64,000 bases of DNA from Prorocentrum cordatum (GCA_963575745.1 CAUYUJ010000214.1:372001-436000); one strand, 5' to 3'; counted from the first letter of the stretch, positions 34,298 to 48,769 are shown. The notes: generated by a model not told the origin, from the letters alone. A program made the numbers and translations.

Positions 34298-35269
34298 TCC
34301 TCCTCCTCCTCCTCCTCCTCCTCCTCCTCCTCCTCCTCCTCCTCCTCCTCCTCCAGATGGGGTCCGCCTCCTCGATTTCCTCGTCCTCCACCTCGTTCGC
34401 CTCCTCGATACCCCTCGTCCTTCTCCTCCTTCGCCTCCTTCTCCTCCTCCTTCTCCTCCTCGTCCCTCGGAGAGAAGAAAGCGACACCTCGCGAGCGGCG
34501 AACATGTCCGTATCGGCGCCCTCACGGACTGGATTTTGGGGCGCGATCCAGCGGATGCGTGGTTTCGCGGATGCGCGCGCGGGTCATCCGCGAAGAAACG
34601 CCCCGCCTCCGCGGGGTTCGCGGCCCACGGGCCTGGCCCAGGAGGCCGCGGCTACGGGCAAGTTGTCCGCGCGCGAGCGCCGCTGCCGCCGGGGGTGCCA
34701 CCGCCAGCGAAGGATGCCTCCCCGAGTTGGGGATGGGGGAGTCTCGAGCGAGACAGGGGGCCACGCCACCAGGCAGACCCCCCCCCCACTGGCTCCTCGC
34801 TGCTGCTTCAGTGTTCCCTGTGGTGGCACGATGGCTCCATCGGCTACGGCGGAGAAGCCGGCCGCTGTCACGTCGCTGTCCTCGGGATCGGCCAGCGTTC
34901 TGGGAGCTGCCGCCGCGCGCCGTGCTTCGGCCAGATGTCTGTTGGCCCTGGGAGGGGCCCGAAGCCCTTGCGTACAGTGGGCACGCGAGATCAGAGAACG
35001 GCCTGCCAGCAGGTAAAGTGGGCACGCGAGATCAGAAACCGGCCTGCCCCGCTCGAGTTCTGGAGGCGTTCAGCGAGGCCCGAGGTCCCCCGAACGACTT
35101 GCCCTGAGAACTCTTACGGTCGGGCAAAGGTATGAGATCGAGGTCGGCTCGGGGAAGGTTGCCTGATGTTTTTCGTGTTTGTTGGATGTTTTCTTGTGCA
35201 TCCCGGTGGAGGGTGCGCTCGAGTGATCTTTATGGTTTGGAGTGGTTTGGCCGGCGGAGTGTCTCATTC

Positions 35270-36362
35270 CCAATCATCCTGTGGTGTTGGGTCCTCGTTT
35301 TGCAAAGACGGTGCCCCGCGTTCCTTCCTCCTTCCCGCCCTTCCGCCTCCTCTTCTTCCTCCTCCTTCTCCTCCTCCTTCCTCCTCCCCCTCCTTCCTTC
35401 TCCCAGTCCTTGTCCCTGCCTTCATAATGGCTCTGTTTCGGTACACTTCTCACACGTTTCGCGGCCCCATAGGGAGCCCCACCTCAGGTCGCAGTGGCGC
35501 AGTTCGCATGGCGCCGCCGCTCCATTTTGGCACACCCCTCACACGTTTCGTGGCCCCACAGGGAGCTCCACCTAAGGTCCCAGTGGCGCAGCTCGCATGG
35601 CCCCGCCGCCCCATGTTTGGCACACCCCTCACACGTTTCGTGGCCACATAGTGAGCTCCACCTAAGGTCGCAGTGTCGCAGTTCGCATGGCGCCGCCGCC
35701 CCATTGTGGCACACCTCTCACACGCTTCGTGGCCCCATAGGGGAGCTCCACCTAAGGTCCCAGTGGCGCAGTTCGCATGACGCCGCCGCCCCATGTCAGC
35801 ACACCCCTCACACGTTTCGTGGCCCCATGGGGAGCTCCACCTCAGGTCGCAGTGGCGCCGTTTGCATGGCACACACCCCTCACACGTTTCGTGGCCCCAC
35901 AGGGAGCTCCACCTAAGGTCCCAGTGGCGCGGTTTGCATGGCACCGCCGCTTCATTTTGGCACCCCTCACACGTTTCGTGGCCCCACAGGGCGCTTCACC
36001 TAAGGTCCCAATGACGCAGTTCGCATGGCGCCGCCGCCCCATTTTGGGACATCTCTAACACGTTTCGTGGCCCCACAGGGGGCTCCACCTAAGGTCCCAG
36101 TGGCGCAGCTCGCGTGGCCCCGCCGCCCCATTTTGGCAGACCCCTCAAACGTTTCGTGGCCCCATGGGGAGCTCCACCTAAGGTCGCAGTGGCGCACTTC
36201 GTATGGCGCCGCCACCCCACTTGGGCACACCCCTCACACGTTCCGTGGCCCCAGAGGGAGCTCCACCTAAGGTCCCAGTGGCGCAGTTCGCATGGCGCCG
36301 CCGCCCCATGCTGGCACACACCCCTCACACGTTTCGTGGCCCCAGAGGGAGCTCCACTTAAT
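35270..36362. repeat. ~85-bp satellite array preceded by a conserved ~60-bp terminal sequence
   Basis: Unit is CACACCCCTCACACGTTTCGTGGCCCCATAGGGAGCTCCACCTAAGGTCCCAGTGGCGCAGTTCGCATGGCGCCGCCGCCCCATTTTGG. The same head and array recur at 38722-39510. Confidence 0.92.
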
Positions 36363-36990
36363 GTCGCAATCTGCCACGCGCACGAAGCGGTGCAGGAGGG
36401 AGGCGGCGGCCCTCGCCAGGGAGCTGAGCTTCACCGAGTTTATTCGCGAGGCTTGACCTGAGGAGCGGCCCGCCCGAGTCTTGCCGCCTTCCGACGGTCT
36501 GACTGTTTGGCCTCGCGCCGCGGGCGACCCGCGCGCGTCGCTGGGACCCTCTCGGGGCGACCAGCGCGCGTCGCGGGAATTCCGCGCCGCGCTCTGCCCA
36601 GAGCCTCGCTCGCCCCCTTCGTCGCTCTGCCCAGCGGCCGCAGCCTTGCCCGCCTTCAGCCAGCCAGTTAGCTTTCTCTGCTCCGCGCAGCGGACGACCC
36701 GCGCGCGTCGCCGGGACCGTTCCGGGGCGACCAACGCGCGTCGCGGGGATTCCGCGCGGCGCCTTGCCCGCAGCCTTGGACATGGGCGCGCACGGGCAAA
36801 GAGGGAGAAAATGAACGGGAAGGAAACGGGCGCGATCCCCGTGAGGAGCGTGCCGACATGGGCGTCGCGGTGTGCGGGCGCTGCTGTCGGGGTTCCAGGG
36901 CGAAGCTTCCTGCGGCGGCCACGCTCAGTGTCACGAGTACTCAGGGTCAGGCGTACGTGAACCATTGACATTCGTGTGTATATACATATA

Positions 36991-37742
36991 ACGGCGCACC
37001 GGGTCCGGGGGCCCGGGGCCGGGACCCCGACCACAAATGTGAGCCCCGGGGGGCCCGGAGGCTCGTCGGGGCTTGCCGGAGGCCTCCCCAGTCAGACAAG
37101 ACGGCCCAAGAAGCGCCCAAGACGGCCCAAGAAACTTCCAAGAGGCCTCCAAGAGGGCTCCAAGATGCTGAAGATGGCCTCCAGACGTCCAAGGACGCCC
37201 CCAAGACGCCCCAAGAAGCCTCCAACATGCGTCCCAAGAGGGCCCCTAGACGCAAACATTGGCCCATTCCCTTCGTAAAACGTACATTTTTCACAAAGTT
37301 GTTTTTTGGGCTTTCCGACGTTACAGGACGGCCCACGAGGCGCCCAAGACCGCCCCAAGACGGCCCAAGAAGCTTCCAAGAGGGCCCAAGGACAGCCCAA
37401 GAGGGCCCCAAGACGGCCCAAGAGGCGCCCAAGATGGCCCAAGAGGGCCCCAAGACGGACCCAAGAGGGGGCCCAGAGGGGGACCACGAACCGCACGCTC
37501 GAGCCTTCCGCCCCAAGAGGCCGCCAGGAGGCCCCAAGGAGGCCCCTCAAGAGGCCCCAGGAGACCCCCAAGAGGCCCAAAGGAGGCCCCGAGAAGCCCC
37601 AAATCGGCCCCACAAATGCTTCGAACCTGCTTCCAGGAGGCCCCCGACAGGTTCAGAGGCTCCCGAGAAGCTACGTCAAACTCCCAGCGAGAATGATCCG
37701 AGCTAGAACCTAAGCGCGCGCGAAGCGCGCGCGTGGTTCTAG
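36991..37742 (+). mobile_element. Putative non-autonomous Helitron-like element with CCCAAGA subrepeats
   Basis: 3' hairpin GCGCGCGC-GAA-GCGCGCGC (37714-37732) followed by GTGGTT-CTAG|T; flanked by TA-rich tracts. Confidence 0.5.
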
Positions 37743-37793
<51 letters not shown>

Positions 37794-38721
37794 CAGGCGT
37801 GGCCATGCTCGCATTCATGCAAATCTACTCACTCGCACGCAGACTCATTCACACCCAGACTCACTCGCGCTCAGACTCACCCGCGCTCAGTTTCTCGTAA
37901 TTAGACCTGCCGGCTTCGCTCGTGCGGGGTACCCCGCAACGCACTTCGGCGCACCCTTTCATACGGTTCGTGGCCCCATAAGGAGCGCCACCGAAGAAGA
38001 TATTCACAATTGCGGTATTCACAACTGCATACGGCGGGGTCCTTCGCCAGGCTAACGTTCTTGAGAAATTCTCTTTTGCCCTAGGTCCGACCGTACAGCA
38101 ATATGCCCCAGCGTGCGTATCTAGTATAACTCCTGGCAAGACCCTTCGGGACTTTTATAGGCCCACGGTCCCCCGAACAGTGTCCACTGCCAGATCTCCC
38201 AGCAAAATTCCTTGGCGTACGTGTCAGCTGGCGTGCTCCCAGTCTCCCCCCACCCGCACGCCGCCGACTTCGAGCATCTGCTCCTGGCGTCTCTTCCTCC
38301 GCCGGCAGTGTGGCACCACGGCCGCGACGAACAGCAACGGTCGCCACGCGGGAACACGATTCCTGAGGGAAGCGGTCCTCAGATTTTCTCTAGGAGAGCG
38401 GACTCTCGGGGCCCTCCACACGAGCCCCGGGGCTGTCCAAAAACAACTCAGGATGAAGGAGTGGTCCTATTGGGCCCAGGACCCGTTTCCTTCTGAATCT
38501 GTGGCTCCCATGCTAAAGCGGGTCATGTCGGTGCGGACTTCGAGGAACGGCTAACGGCAGAAACATAGGGTTTCGGAGTTCCGAGCGGGATTCTCGCATC
38601 GGTTCCCGCCCCCCCCCCGCCAGGCGTTGGTGCGGACTGCACCCAGCGTTGCGGGAGAAGCCAGCCGGCGTAGAAAGCGCCAGGAAAGCGCAGCCCCGTC
38701 CAAGGCGTGCAGAGGATTTTT

Positions 38722-38865
38722 CCCAACCGCCCTGTGGTGTTGGGTCTTCGTTTTGAAGAGGCGGTGCCCCGCGTTCCTTTTCTTCTCCTCTCCTCCTCCC
38801 CCTCCTCCCTGCAGCAGCATCAGCATCAGCATCAGCATCAGCATCAGCATCAGCATCAGCATCAG

Positions 38866-38927
<62 letters not shown>

Positions 38928-38934
38928 GCAGCAC

Positions 38935-38981
<47 letters not shown>

Positions 38982-39510
38982 CCATCATGGATTTCGGCAC
39001 CGCCCCAGTGTGGCATACTCCTCACACGCTTCGTGGCCCCATAGGAAGCTCCACCTAAGGCCCCAGTGGCGCAGTTCGCATGGCGCCGCCGCCCCATGTC
39101 AGCACACCCCTCTCGCGTTTCGTGGCCCCATAAGGGAGCTCCACCTAAGGTCACAGTGGCGCAGCTCGCATGGCGCCGCCGCCCCATTTGGGCACACCCC
39201 TCACACGTTTTGTGGCCCCATAGGGAGCTCCACCTAAGGTCCCAGTGGCGCAGCTCGCATGGCGCCGCCGCCCCATTTTGGCACACCCCTCACACGTTTC
39301 GTGGCCCTTTCGGGATTTCGAACTAAGGTCCCAGTGGCGCGGCTCGCATGGCGCCGCCACCCCACTTGGGCACACCCCTCACACGCTTCGTGGCCCCATG
39401 GGGAGCTCCATCGAAGGCCCCAGTGGCGCAGCTCGCATGGCGCCGCCGCCACACTTTGGCACACCCCTCACACGTTTCGTGGCCCCAGGCAGCTCGCATG
39501 GCGCCGCCGG
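38722..39510. repeat. Second copy of head + microsatellite + ~85-bp satellite unit
   Basis: Homologous to 35270-36362. Confidence 0.9.
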
Positions 39511-39989
39511 CTTATGGGCGGGGGGGGCGCCTGGGGGGCTGTCCGTCGCCTGGGGGGTCTTCCGCGGCGGGGGGGGGGTCTGCTGCGCTTTGAGGCGGGG
39601 CTGTGCGGTGCGACCAGCCCCCTGCCCTCGTGGCGGGGTCGGCTTCGGTGGGGCCATGGCCGCTGCCCCCGATCACGATCCCCCTCACGGCGTGGCTTGC
39701 CCCGCCCCTCGGCCCTCCCTCTCCCTCTTCGGGCGGCGCACGGCCCCACCCCCGTGGCCCCCTGCCCCGAAGGCCCCCCCCGTCGGCCCAGGGGAAGGGC
39801 ACGGCCCCAACTGGGCAGGAGTGGCCGTGCAGGTCCGTTCTGTCCCGAGGCGAGGCCCCCGGCCCATCCTCGACAGGGCCGGCGCGGCCGTGTAGGTCCG
39901 ACACGGCCCTGGGCCTGCGTGCCCTTTGTGAGCAGCCCGTTGTCAGTTGGTCCATACTTTCTGTCGGCTTTGCCTCGGTTGCAACGCTC

Positions 39990-40090
39990 GCGCACACACG
40001 CGCGCACGCCCGCACGCACGCGCGCGCACACACGTACGCATTCACCCACGCACACACACACACGCACGCACACACACACACACACACACA

Positions 40091-40146
<56 letters not shown>

Positions 40147-40175
40147 CACACACAGACACACACACAGACACACAG

Positions 40176-40206
<31 letters not shown>

Positions 40207-40325
40207 CGAACTCGAACACAATCACAAACACGCACACACACGCTCACACACGCTCACACACGCTCACACGCTCACACGCTCACACGCTCACGCCCACGCT
40301 CACGTACGCACGCACGCGCACACAC
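39990..40325. repeat. (CA)n/(CACG)n microsatellite
   Basis: Directly visible. Confidence 0.95.
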
Positions 40326-41815
40326 TTTTTACGTCGGCAGCCAGGCAAAAGATCAACGTTGGCAGATAGGGCGTTGGTGGGACAAACGCACGCGAATTAG
40401 GCCGCGATGCGTAGAAGCGCAGGCGCACACAGGCACACACGCACGCGCACACTGCTTGTTGTTGCGTTTCGGTGGTCTGCACACAGCAGGTAACGTACCA
40501 GCACCCTTGCCATCATTGTCAAAAGCGAGCGCAGCATGTACTTTGTACTGTTCGTTGCAAGGGGTGGTTTGTTGGGGTGTTGGCCTTGCGCGCGGCAGGC
40601 GATATGCTGCCCCCCCCACCCCAGCTCCCTCTACTCTTCCCCGCTGGCGATGCTGACCACGCCAGCTGGTTCCCCCCCACTCAGAGGCCTCGCATTGCCG
40701 GCACGCGCTGCGTGGCTCACAGTCGCTCGGTTCCCCCTTGCGCTGTGGGGTGGTCTGACAGGGGCTGGCTTCGTTACGGAGTGGCACAGCCTTCCGCAGC
40801 AGGTACAGCCTTCCAGGCTCACCTTCAACTTTCCCCAGTTGCGTTGCACCACGGCTCACGACTGCTCAGCCTTTCTGGCTTGCTCAAGTCGTCAGGGCGT
40901 TTGGAGCCTGGCGCCCCACTGGCGACTCACTCCAATGGCCTCCCACTTGCCATCGCCCAGCATGACGGACTTCACCATCCTGGTTTACGTCTCTACTGTG
41001 TGGGTCGCGCCATGGCAAGCACCGAATTCCGAGACATTTTGTCCTGTGCACGTGCTCGAGCTCTCAGGATGCCGTCCGCCGTCAGCTCCCCCTTTCAGCT
41101 TCGCGGCTGCTGTGTGAATGGGCCGGCCGGCCTGTGCCTGTTGTAGCTAATTAGCTTAGCTCGCGTCCGGGACTTTGCTCTTGCCGCCTGACCGTCGTCT
41201 CGCGGCCGCGACCCCAAAAAATATATCCCCACCAGCCTTGCGCGGCCCGCTCGGACCTGACTCGCCGCTGGCGCCCTCGCCTGCGGTTGCGACAAAAAGT
41301 ATCCCCACAAGCCCATCCAGAAACGACGCCCAGGCGAGTAGAGGGCCGTCCTGAGGGGCTTTTCGGCGTCTTGGGTGCCTCGGGGGGGCCTCTTTGGGCC
41401 GCTTGGGATCCTTTTGGGGGCCTCCTGGGGGCCTCTGGGGGGCCTCTTGGGGCACTCTTAGGGCCTCCTGGGCGCTTCTTGGGGCCATCTTGGAGGAGAT
41501 CGATCACAGGAGGGGGGGGGGACACTAATTAGCATCCCCCCGTTTGGAGGCCAAAATGGGGCCAAAACCATGATAAAATCAATGATTTGGGCTTCCTCGC
41601 CGAGGCCGTTTCGGACGCCCTGACACATCCCCGCCCCTCCCGTCCAGGTCCACGGGGAGGGGGTCGGGTGAGGGGTCAAGACCCCCTCCCCGCCCGCAAG
41701 CCGTCTCGTTCACTCCCACCCGCCCTCCCAACACATACGTAGCACCCGAGTCTGGCCCGAACCTCAGCATATTCAGCAGTCGTCTTTGGATGGGCAGCTA
41801 CTGGGGACCAATCCC

Positions 41816-41850
<35 letters not shown>

Positions 41851-43352
41851 CCCCGCTGCCAAACCGCCGCCGCCGCCGCAGCCGCTGCCGCCACCGCTAC
41901 CGCCGCCGCCGCAGCCGCAGCCGCAGCCGCCGCCGCAGCCGCCGCCCCCGCCGCCGCCGCCGCCGCCGCAGCCGCCGCAGCCGCCGCCACCGCCGCCGCA
42001 GCCGCCGCCGCCGCCGCCGCCAAGTGTACTCTGTATTGTTTTTTGACAGGGATGGTGGGGGGGGCCGTATCGGGTTGGCTGCGCATGTTCCGAACTTGGA
42101 GGCAGAGTGTGTTTTGTAGTGTTTTTTACAAGGGATGGTGGGGGGTTGTCGGCATGGAGTCGGGTTGGCCCCCAGTCGCCTGGGGGAGGGGGTGTTTATC
42201 AATAGGGAACAGAAACCCCTCCCCGAAGGGGAAGAGGGATGGCTTTGAAGAGGAAACGCCCTAAACCACCGACGCCCAGAGGGCTGGTGGGATTCGCCGC
42301 CAGGGTGCCGAACTTACGAAATCCTGCGTGCTCGCCCACGAAACGCCCGAACCCAGAGACGGCGCCGCAGGGCCACAGGCAACCGAAAGACAGGCCCAAG
42401 AGGGGCGCAACAAAGCTTCCAAGAGAGGCCGGAACAGGCCTTCTGTATCATTCCAAAAGCCCAGAGGTCTGATATCGGTGGGAATCGCCTCGAAGGCCTT
42501 CTCGAAGCCCTTCCTCGGCCTTCTTGGGATTTTCCTTTGGCCCCAAAAACGACCCAGTGGGGCTCTTGACAGTTCCACGAGAGCTCCAAGAGGGGCCCAG
42601 AAAAAGAGCTCCCGTGAGTGGCCCCAAGAAGGGCCGCGGCCGATATAGTTTCGTAGCAAGGTCCCTGTTCTGATGTCGTTGGGGGACCTCTGGGGGGCCA
42701 GGCTGGGCCCTCTTGGGCCTCCTTGGAGCTTCTTGCCTCTGGCGCGGCGTGGCCCAAGGCAACTCCAAGAGAGCTCCAAGAATTGTTCCAGAGGGCCTTC
42801 AAGAGGAGCCCATAATGGCCCGTAGCGACACTATACGAACGGCCCGTGGTGTGAGACCGTCGTGGGCCGCTCCGGGGGCTTCCTGGGGACTTTCCGATGG
42901 CCCCAGGGATTGCCCGAGAGAGCCCCAGACAGCCCCAGGAAAGCTCAGAGAAGGGCCCCAAAGAGTTCCCCAAAGGGGAGCGAGAAGGCGCTCAACAATA
43001 TCGTACCAAGAGCACGTGGTACGATATATAGTTGGGGGGCCCTCTTGAGGGCCCTATTCCCTATTGGGCCTCTTGGGGCTGTCCTCTGGCATGAAAAACA
43101 GCCTAGGAGGGCTTCAGGTAGCTCCAGTTAAGCTCCAAGAGGGCGTAACGTTTTCTGATGCTGGACATACGTAGTTTCCACCACATCGTCTGGTTCACAC
43201 AGGTTGCACACACATCACACCAGAATTTCGTGTTCAGGGCAAGGGGGGCAGAAGAGGCCCGAGTGGACCACGCAGGATTGCAATATCGCCAACATTCACT
43301 TCTTCCGCGGCCCAGGGGAAAGAGCGGGGAGTACGAGGAGGGGGTCCGCAAC

Positions 43353-43369
43353 CAGCCGTTTCGGCTCAA
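43353..43369 (+). other. Relic spliced leader upstream of the kinase gene
   Basis: AGCCGTTTCGGCTCAAG versus SL 3' part AGCCATTTTGGCTCAAG (15/17), ending 77 nt before the ATG. Confidence 0.55.
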
Positions 43370-43446
43370 GAGGAGCCGTTCCGGTATATGGCCCTGCGCT
43401 GCCGCGGGGCAGCGCGAGTCTTCGCATCATCGCTGGGTCTTGAGCC

Positions 43447-45137
43447 ATGGGAACCAGGGAGCTGCGGCTGCCGCCGGCGTCCAGCCGAGCAGCTGTAGAG
43501 AGCTATGTCTCGCGCGTGGCCCCGCAGCTGCCCCCGGACGTTGCCTTTGCCACGCTGGTGCCGTGGAGCTCTCCGCAGCGACCGAGCAGGCTCGCCACAC
43601 CAGACTCTGCGGCTCAAGGCCGTTGGGACCCAGAGGGGATCGCGGACCTGGCGTCCGAGTGCACCAGCTTGCTGGTGCCATGCACGTTCGAAACGCGGTA
43701 CGAGAAGCGGTTGATGAAGAAGTTGTTGGAGCAGCTCGAGCCGCACCGTGACATCTGCGTGTACGTTCTGCAGCTCCTCGAGGTCGCGGGCCAGATCACC
43801 CGAGAGTACGTGCAGACGGTCATGGCGCGCCACGACGCGCTCCTGGCCGTCGGTGCCAACGCTGTGCTGCTGGATCCTACCGACAATCCAGATCGGCTGC
43901 TCCAGAATCTCGACCAAGAGCGGGCTTGGTTCGAAGCGAATGCGCTGCGTGCAAAATCGATGGTCGACTGCAACGACGACTATTTCCAGTCTGTGCTGGA
44001 CCATCACCACGAGCTGCTATGGGAGAGCGTCCCGAAAGCTCTGATGCGAAATTTCGACCCCATCGATCGCAACCTCGTGGAAACGGCCAACAGGGTGGGC
44101 GATTACAAGATGACCAATCGCTTCAGCTCGAGGAGCGGGAAAGACGTCCTGCTTGCCGAGCGGAGCGAATCCGAGAAGGTCGTCCTCAAGGTCTACAACA
44201 AGTGGGACCATCCGTCTGCCGGGGACCTGGAGTGCATCTACCGCGAGCTGCGGTTCCTGCGGGACGTGCTGCGGCACCCGCACATCGCCCGCTGCACCGA
44301 CATGAACCACAGCTTCTCTCGGGTGTACTTGGTTTTCGGAGTCCTAGAGATTGACACCAACACCAAGATCGGCGGTGTGCCTCCACCGAGGGAAGACGAT
44401 CCCGATCTCGGTGATGGTGGCAATATTCTGGCTCCCAAGGGGGCCGAAATATTGCCACCAGCACCGAAGTCTAAGATCATCATCTCCCTGTGGAGGCAAA
44501 CCCCTGTCCTGGTGTTGGTGCCAATTTCCAGGCCTCCCAGGTTTTCGAACTGGGGGGCATGCAGAATCTGCACCAGCGCCTCCTGGACCAGCCGGGGTAC
44601 CGCCTCGATCTGGAGGATGCCGTGGACTGCACGGTGCAGGTGGCAGGAGCGCTGGCCTACTGCCACTCGCGGGACATCGTGCACAGGCAGGTGTGTCTGG
44701 AGCACATCGTCGTGGAGGACCAGTCCGAGGCGCCTTTCTGCCGCCTGGTGGACTTCTACCAGGCGACGCGCTGCCCAGAGGCGACACCGCTGGCCACGAC
44801 GTGCGGGGACCTGCCGTGCATCGCTCCCGAGGTGGCCCTGGATGAGTCGTACGTCGCCAAGCCTGCGGACTGCTGGAGTCTCGGGGTGGTGCTCCTCGAG
44901 GCCGCCGGGGGCCTGGGCTCGATGCGGCAGGCGGTCGGCTGGCCGGAGGAGGCGGAGCTGGAGCCCACGGCCAGAAGGATCAAGAACTTCTTCTCCGGCG
45001 AGGGGAGCCACGCTCGCGCACTGGCGGTCATGGGCGGCGTGCGCAGCGAGGCCGTGCTGGCCAACCTGTCTGCACTCCTCGAGCCGACGCCCACGGCTCG
45101 GGCGAGCATGGACGCCATCGCACAGTTCTCCGCCTAG
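43447..45137 (+). CDS. Ser/Thr protein kinase-like (probable pseudokinase), 493 aa; exons 43447-44331 and 44541-45137
   Basis: VVLKVY, IYRELRFL..LRHPHI, then across the splice junction RVYL|VFELGG, LAYCHSRDIVHRQVCLEH, LVDFY, CGDLPCIAPE, ADCWSLGVVLLE, PTARAS. Removing GT..AG 44332-44540 joins track ORFs 43447 and 44490 in frame. Confidence 0.88.
44336..44539 (+). mobile_element. Introner: 204-bp palindromic MITE forming the phase-0 intron 44332-44540; 5-bp TSD GGTTT
   Basis: The whole element is an imperfect inverted repeat. GGTTT is at 44331-44335 and 44540-44544. The donor GT comes from the left TSD; the acceptor CAG is the terminal CA plus the first G of the right TSD. Confidence 0.9.
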
Positions 45138-45465
45138 CTTCGCGGCGCCTCGGCAGGCCCTGAGGGCTGGAGCGAGGAAGAGCACCGCGGCCTGTGCTCG
45201 GCTTCTCCTTGCGCTTGGTGTGATCCGTGGAGTTTCGTTCTCCAAGCAACGTGGGCGTCTTGGCACTGATTTCGGTAGATTCGAGCAGAGCGTGCCCACC
45301 TCATCCGGCCTGCGACGGGGACAGAGCCTTGTTAAGGATCTCCCACCCAAGAGTGGTTTAACCTTTCCGAGGTGATTGCATCGTGCTCAGGCTTGACCTG
45401 GTCCCCACAGCCCTGCCACCACCACTCCTCCTCCTCCTCCTCCTCCTCCTCCTCCTCCTTCGATC

Positions 45466-47547
<2,082 letters not shown>

Positions 47548-48769
47548 CCTCCTCCTCCTCCTCCTCATCCTCCTACTCCGCCTCCTCTTCTCCTTCTTCT
47601 CCTCCTCCTCCTCCAGCTCTCCCTCCTATTGCTCGGCATCATCCTCTCCCCTCCACCTCCTCATAGGCATCCTTCTGTTTATCGTCCTCATCCGTCTCTT
47701 CCTCCTGCTCTCCTCCTTCACCTCCTTCAATGGCTGCATCTGGCGAGTTGGCGAGCTGAAGGCGTCATGATCCGTCGGATGCCGCACTTCCCTCACAGCG
47801 CCAGTCGGCCTTGAATGGGCGTACTGATGAATATCCCTACAATGGGTGTGCTGACTTTTTCGCGGGATGGGCTGCGCTGGCCTGCGTTCTGCCTGAAGCT
47901 TCTGTTAGACAAGTCCTCGAGCAGGACTCCTTGGCCCATTCCGTCGTGTGTAGGCTCTTGGCAGAGGTACACTGCACTCACATCTATACCCCTGGGTGGG
48001 TGTATGTGCGGCCGTTTTTGCGCTGTCATGTGCGCGCATGTGCGCGGCATGTGCCAGTCATGTGCCAGGCCTGTGCGGTCCTTCTTGGATGGACTTCCTA
48101 CTGTGCACGTCGTGCCCGGGCATGTGCGGGGGCATGTGCGCTGTGTTTTGATGTATCCATCATACGCACATGCACGCACAGTCCGACGCACATGCGCGCA
48201 CATGCCTGCACATGCGGGAGGTGTTCGAGAATCGCAGATCTGTCATCGGCACATGCACGCACATGCCTGTGCAACCTCTCTTCGGGAGGCCGCGCGGGCC
48301 CGCACATGCACGCACATGCGGTGAAGCGCGCGGGCGCACATGCGTGCACATCCCAATGCACATGCACGCTCATGCCCTAGGAGCTGTCTGGGACCCCTGT
48401 GCCTCCAATGTTTCCTGGCCTTCGCAGAGCTAACCTGGGGCGCGCCAGGGCTTCCTGAAAGAGTTTGTTGTGCGTTTAGACTCGCCCGCTGCTGGCGACG
48501 GCGGTTCTTCGCCCGGTTCGTGAGCTGGCGGTGGCGCGCCCGCCTAATAAAACACTCTCCCGCGCGCCTTCTCAGCTCGGCCGGAGAAACAGGGACGGGG
48601 GGGGGGAGGTGGAAGGGGGGGGAGGAGGGGGGGGCGGAGGAGGCGGGCGCCCCCGGCTCGGCCGGCCCGCCTGCCTGTTCGGCTCGGCCAGAGGAGAAGG
48701 AGGAGGAGGAGGAGGAGGAGGAGGAGGAGGAGGAGGAAGAGGAGGAGGAGGAGGAGGAGGAGGAGGAGG

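Noticed and set aside
40500..41100. Minus-strand CTCCGRLCHS, a possible LINE C-terminal zinc finger
   Set aside because: Multiple stops and no other supporting motif.
44332..45375. C-terminal half of the 642-aa track ORF 43447-45375
   Set aside because: It is read-through of the intron; kinase motifs continue in the other frame, ending at 45137.
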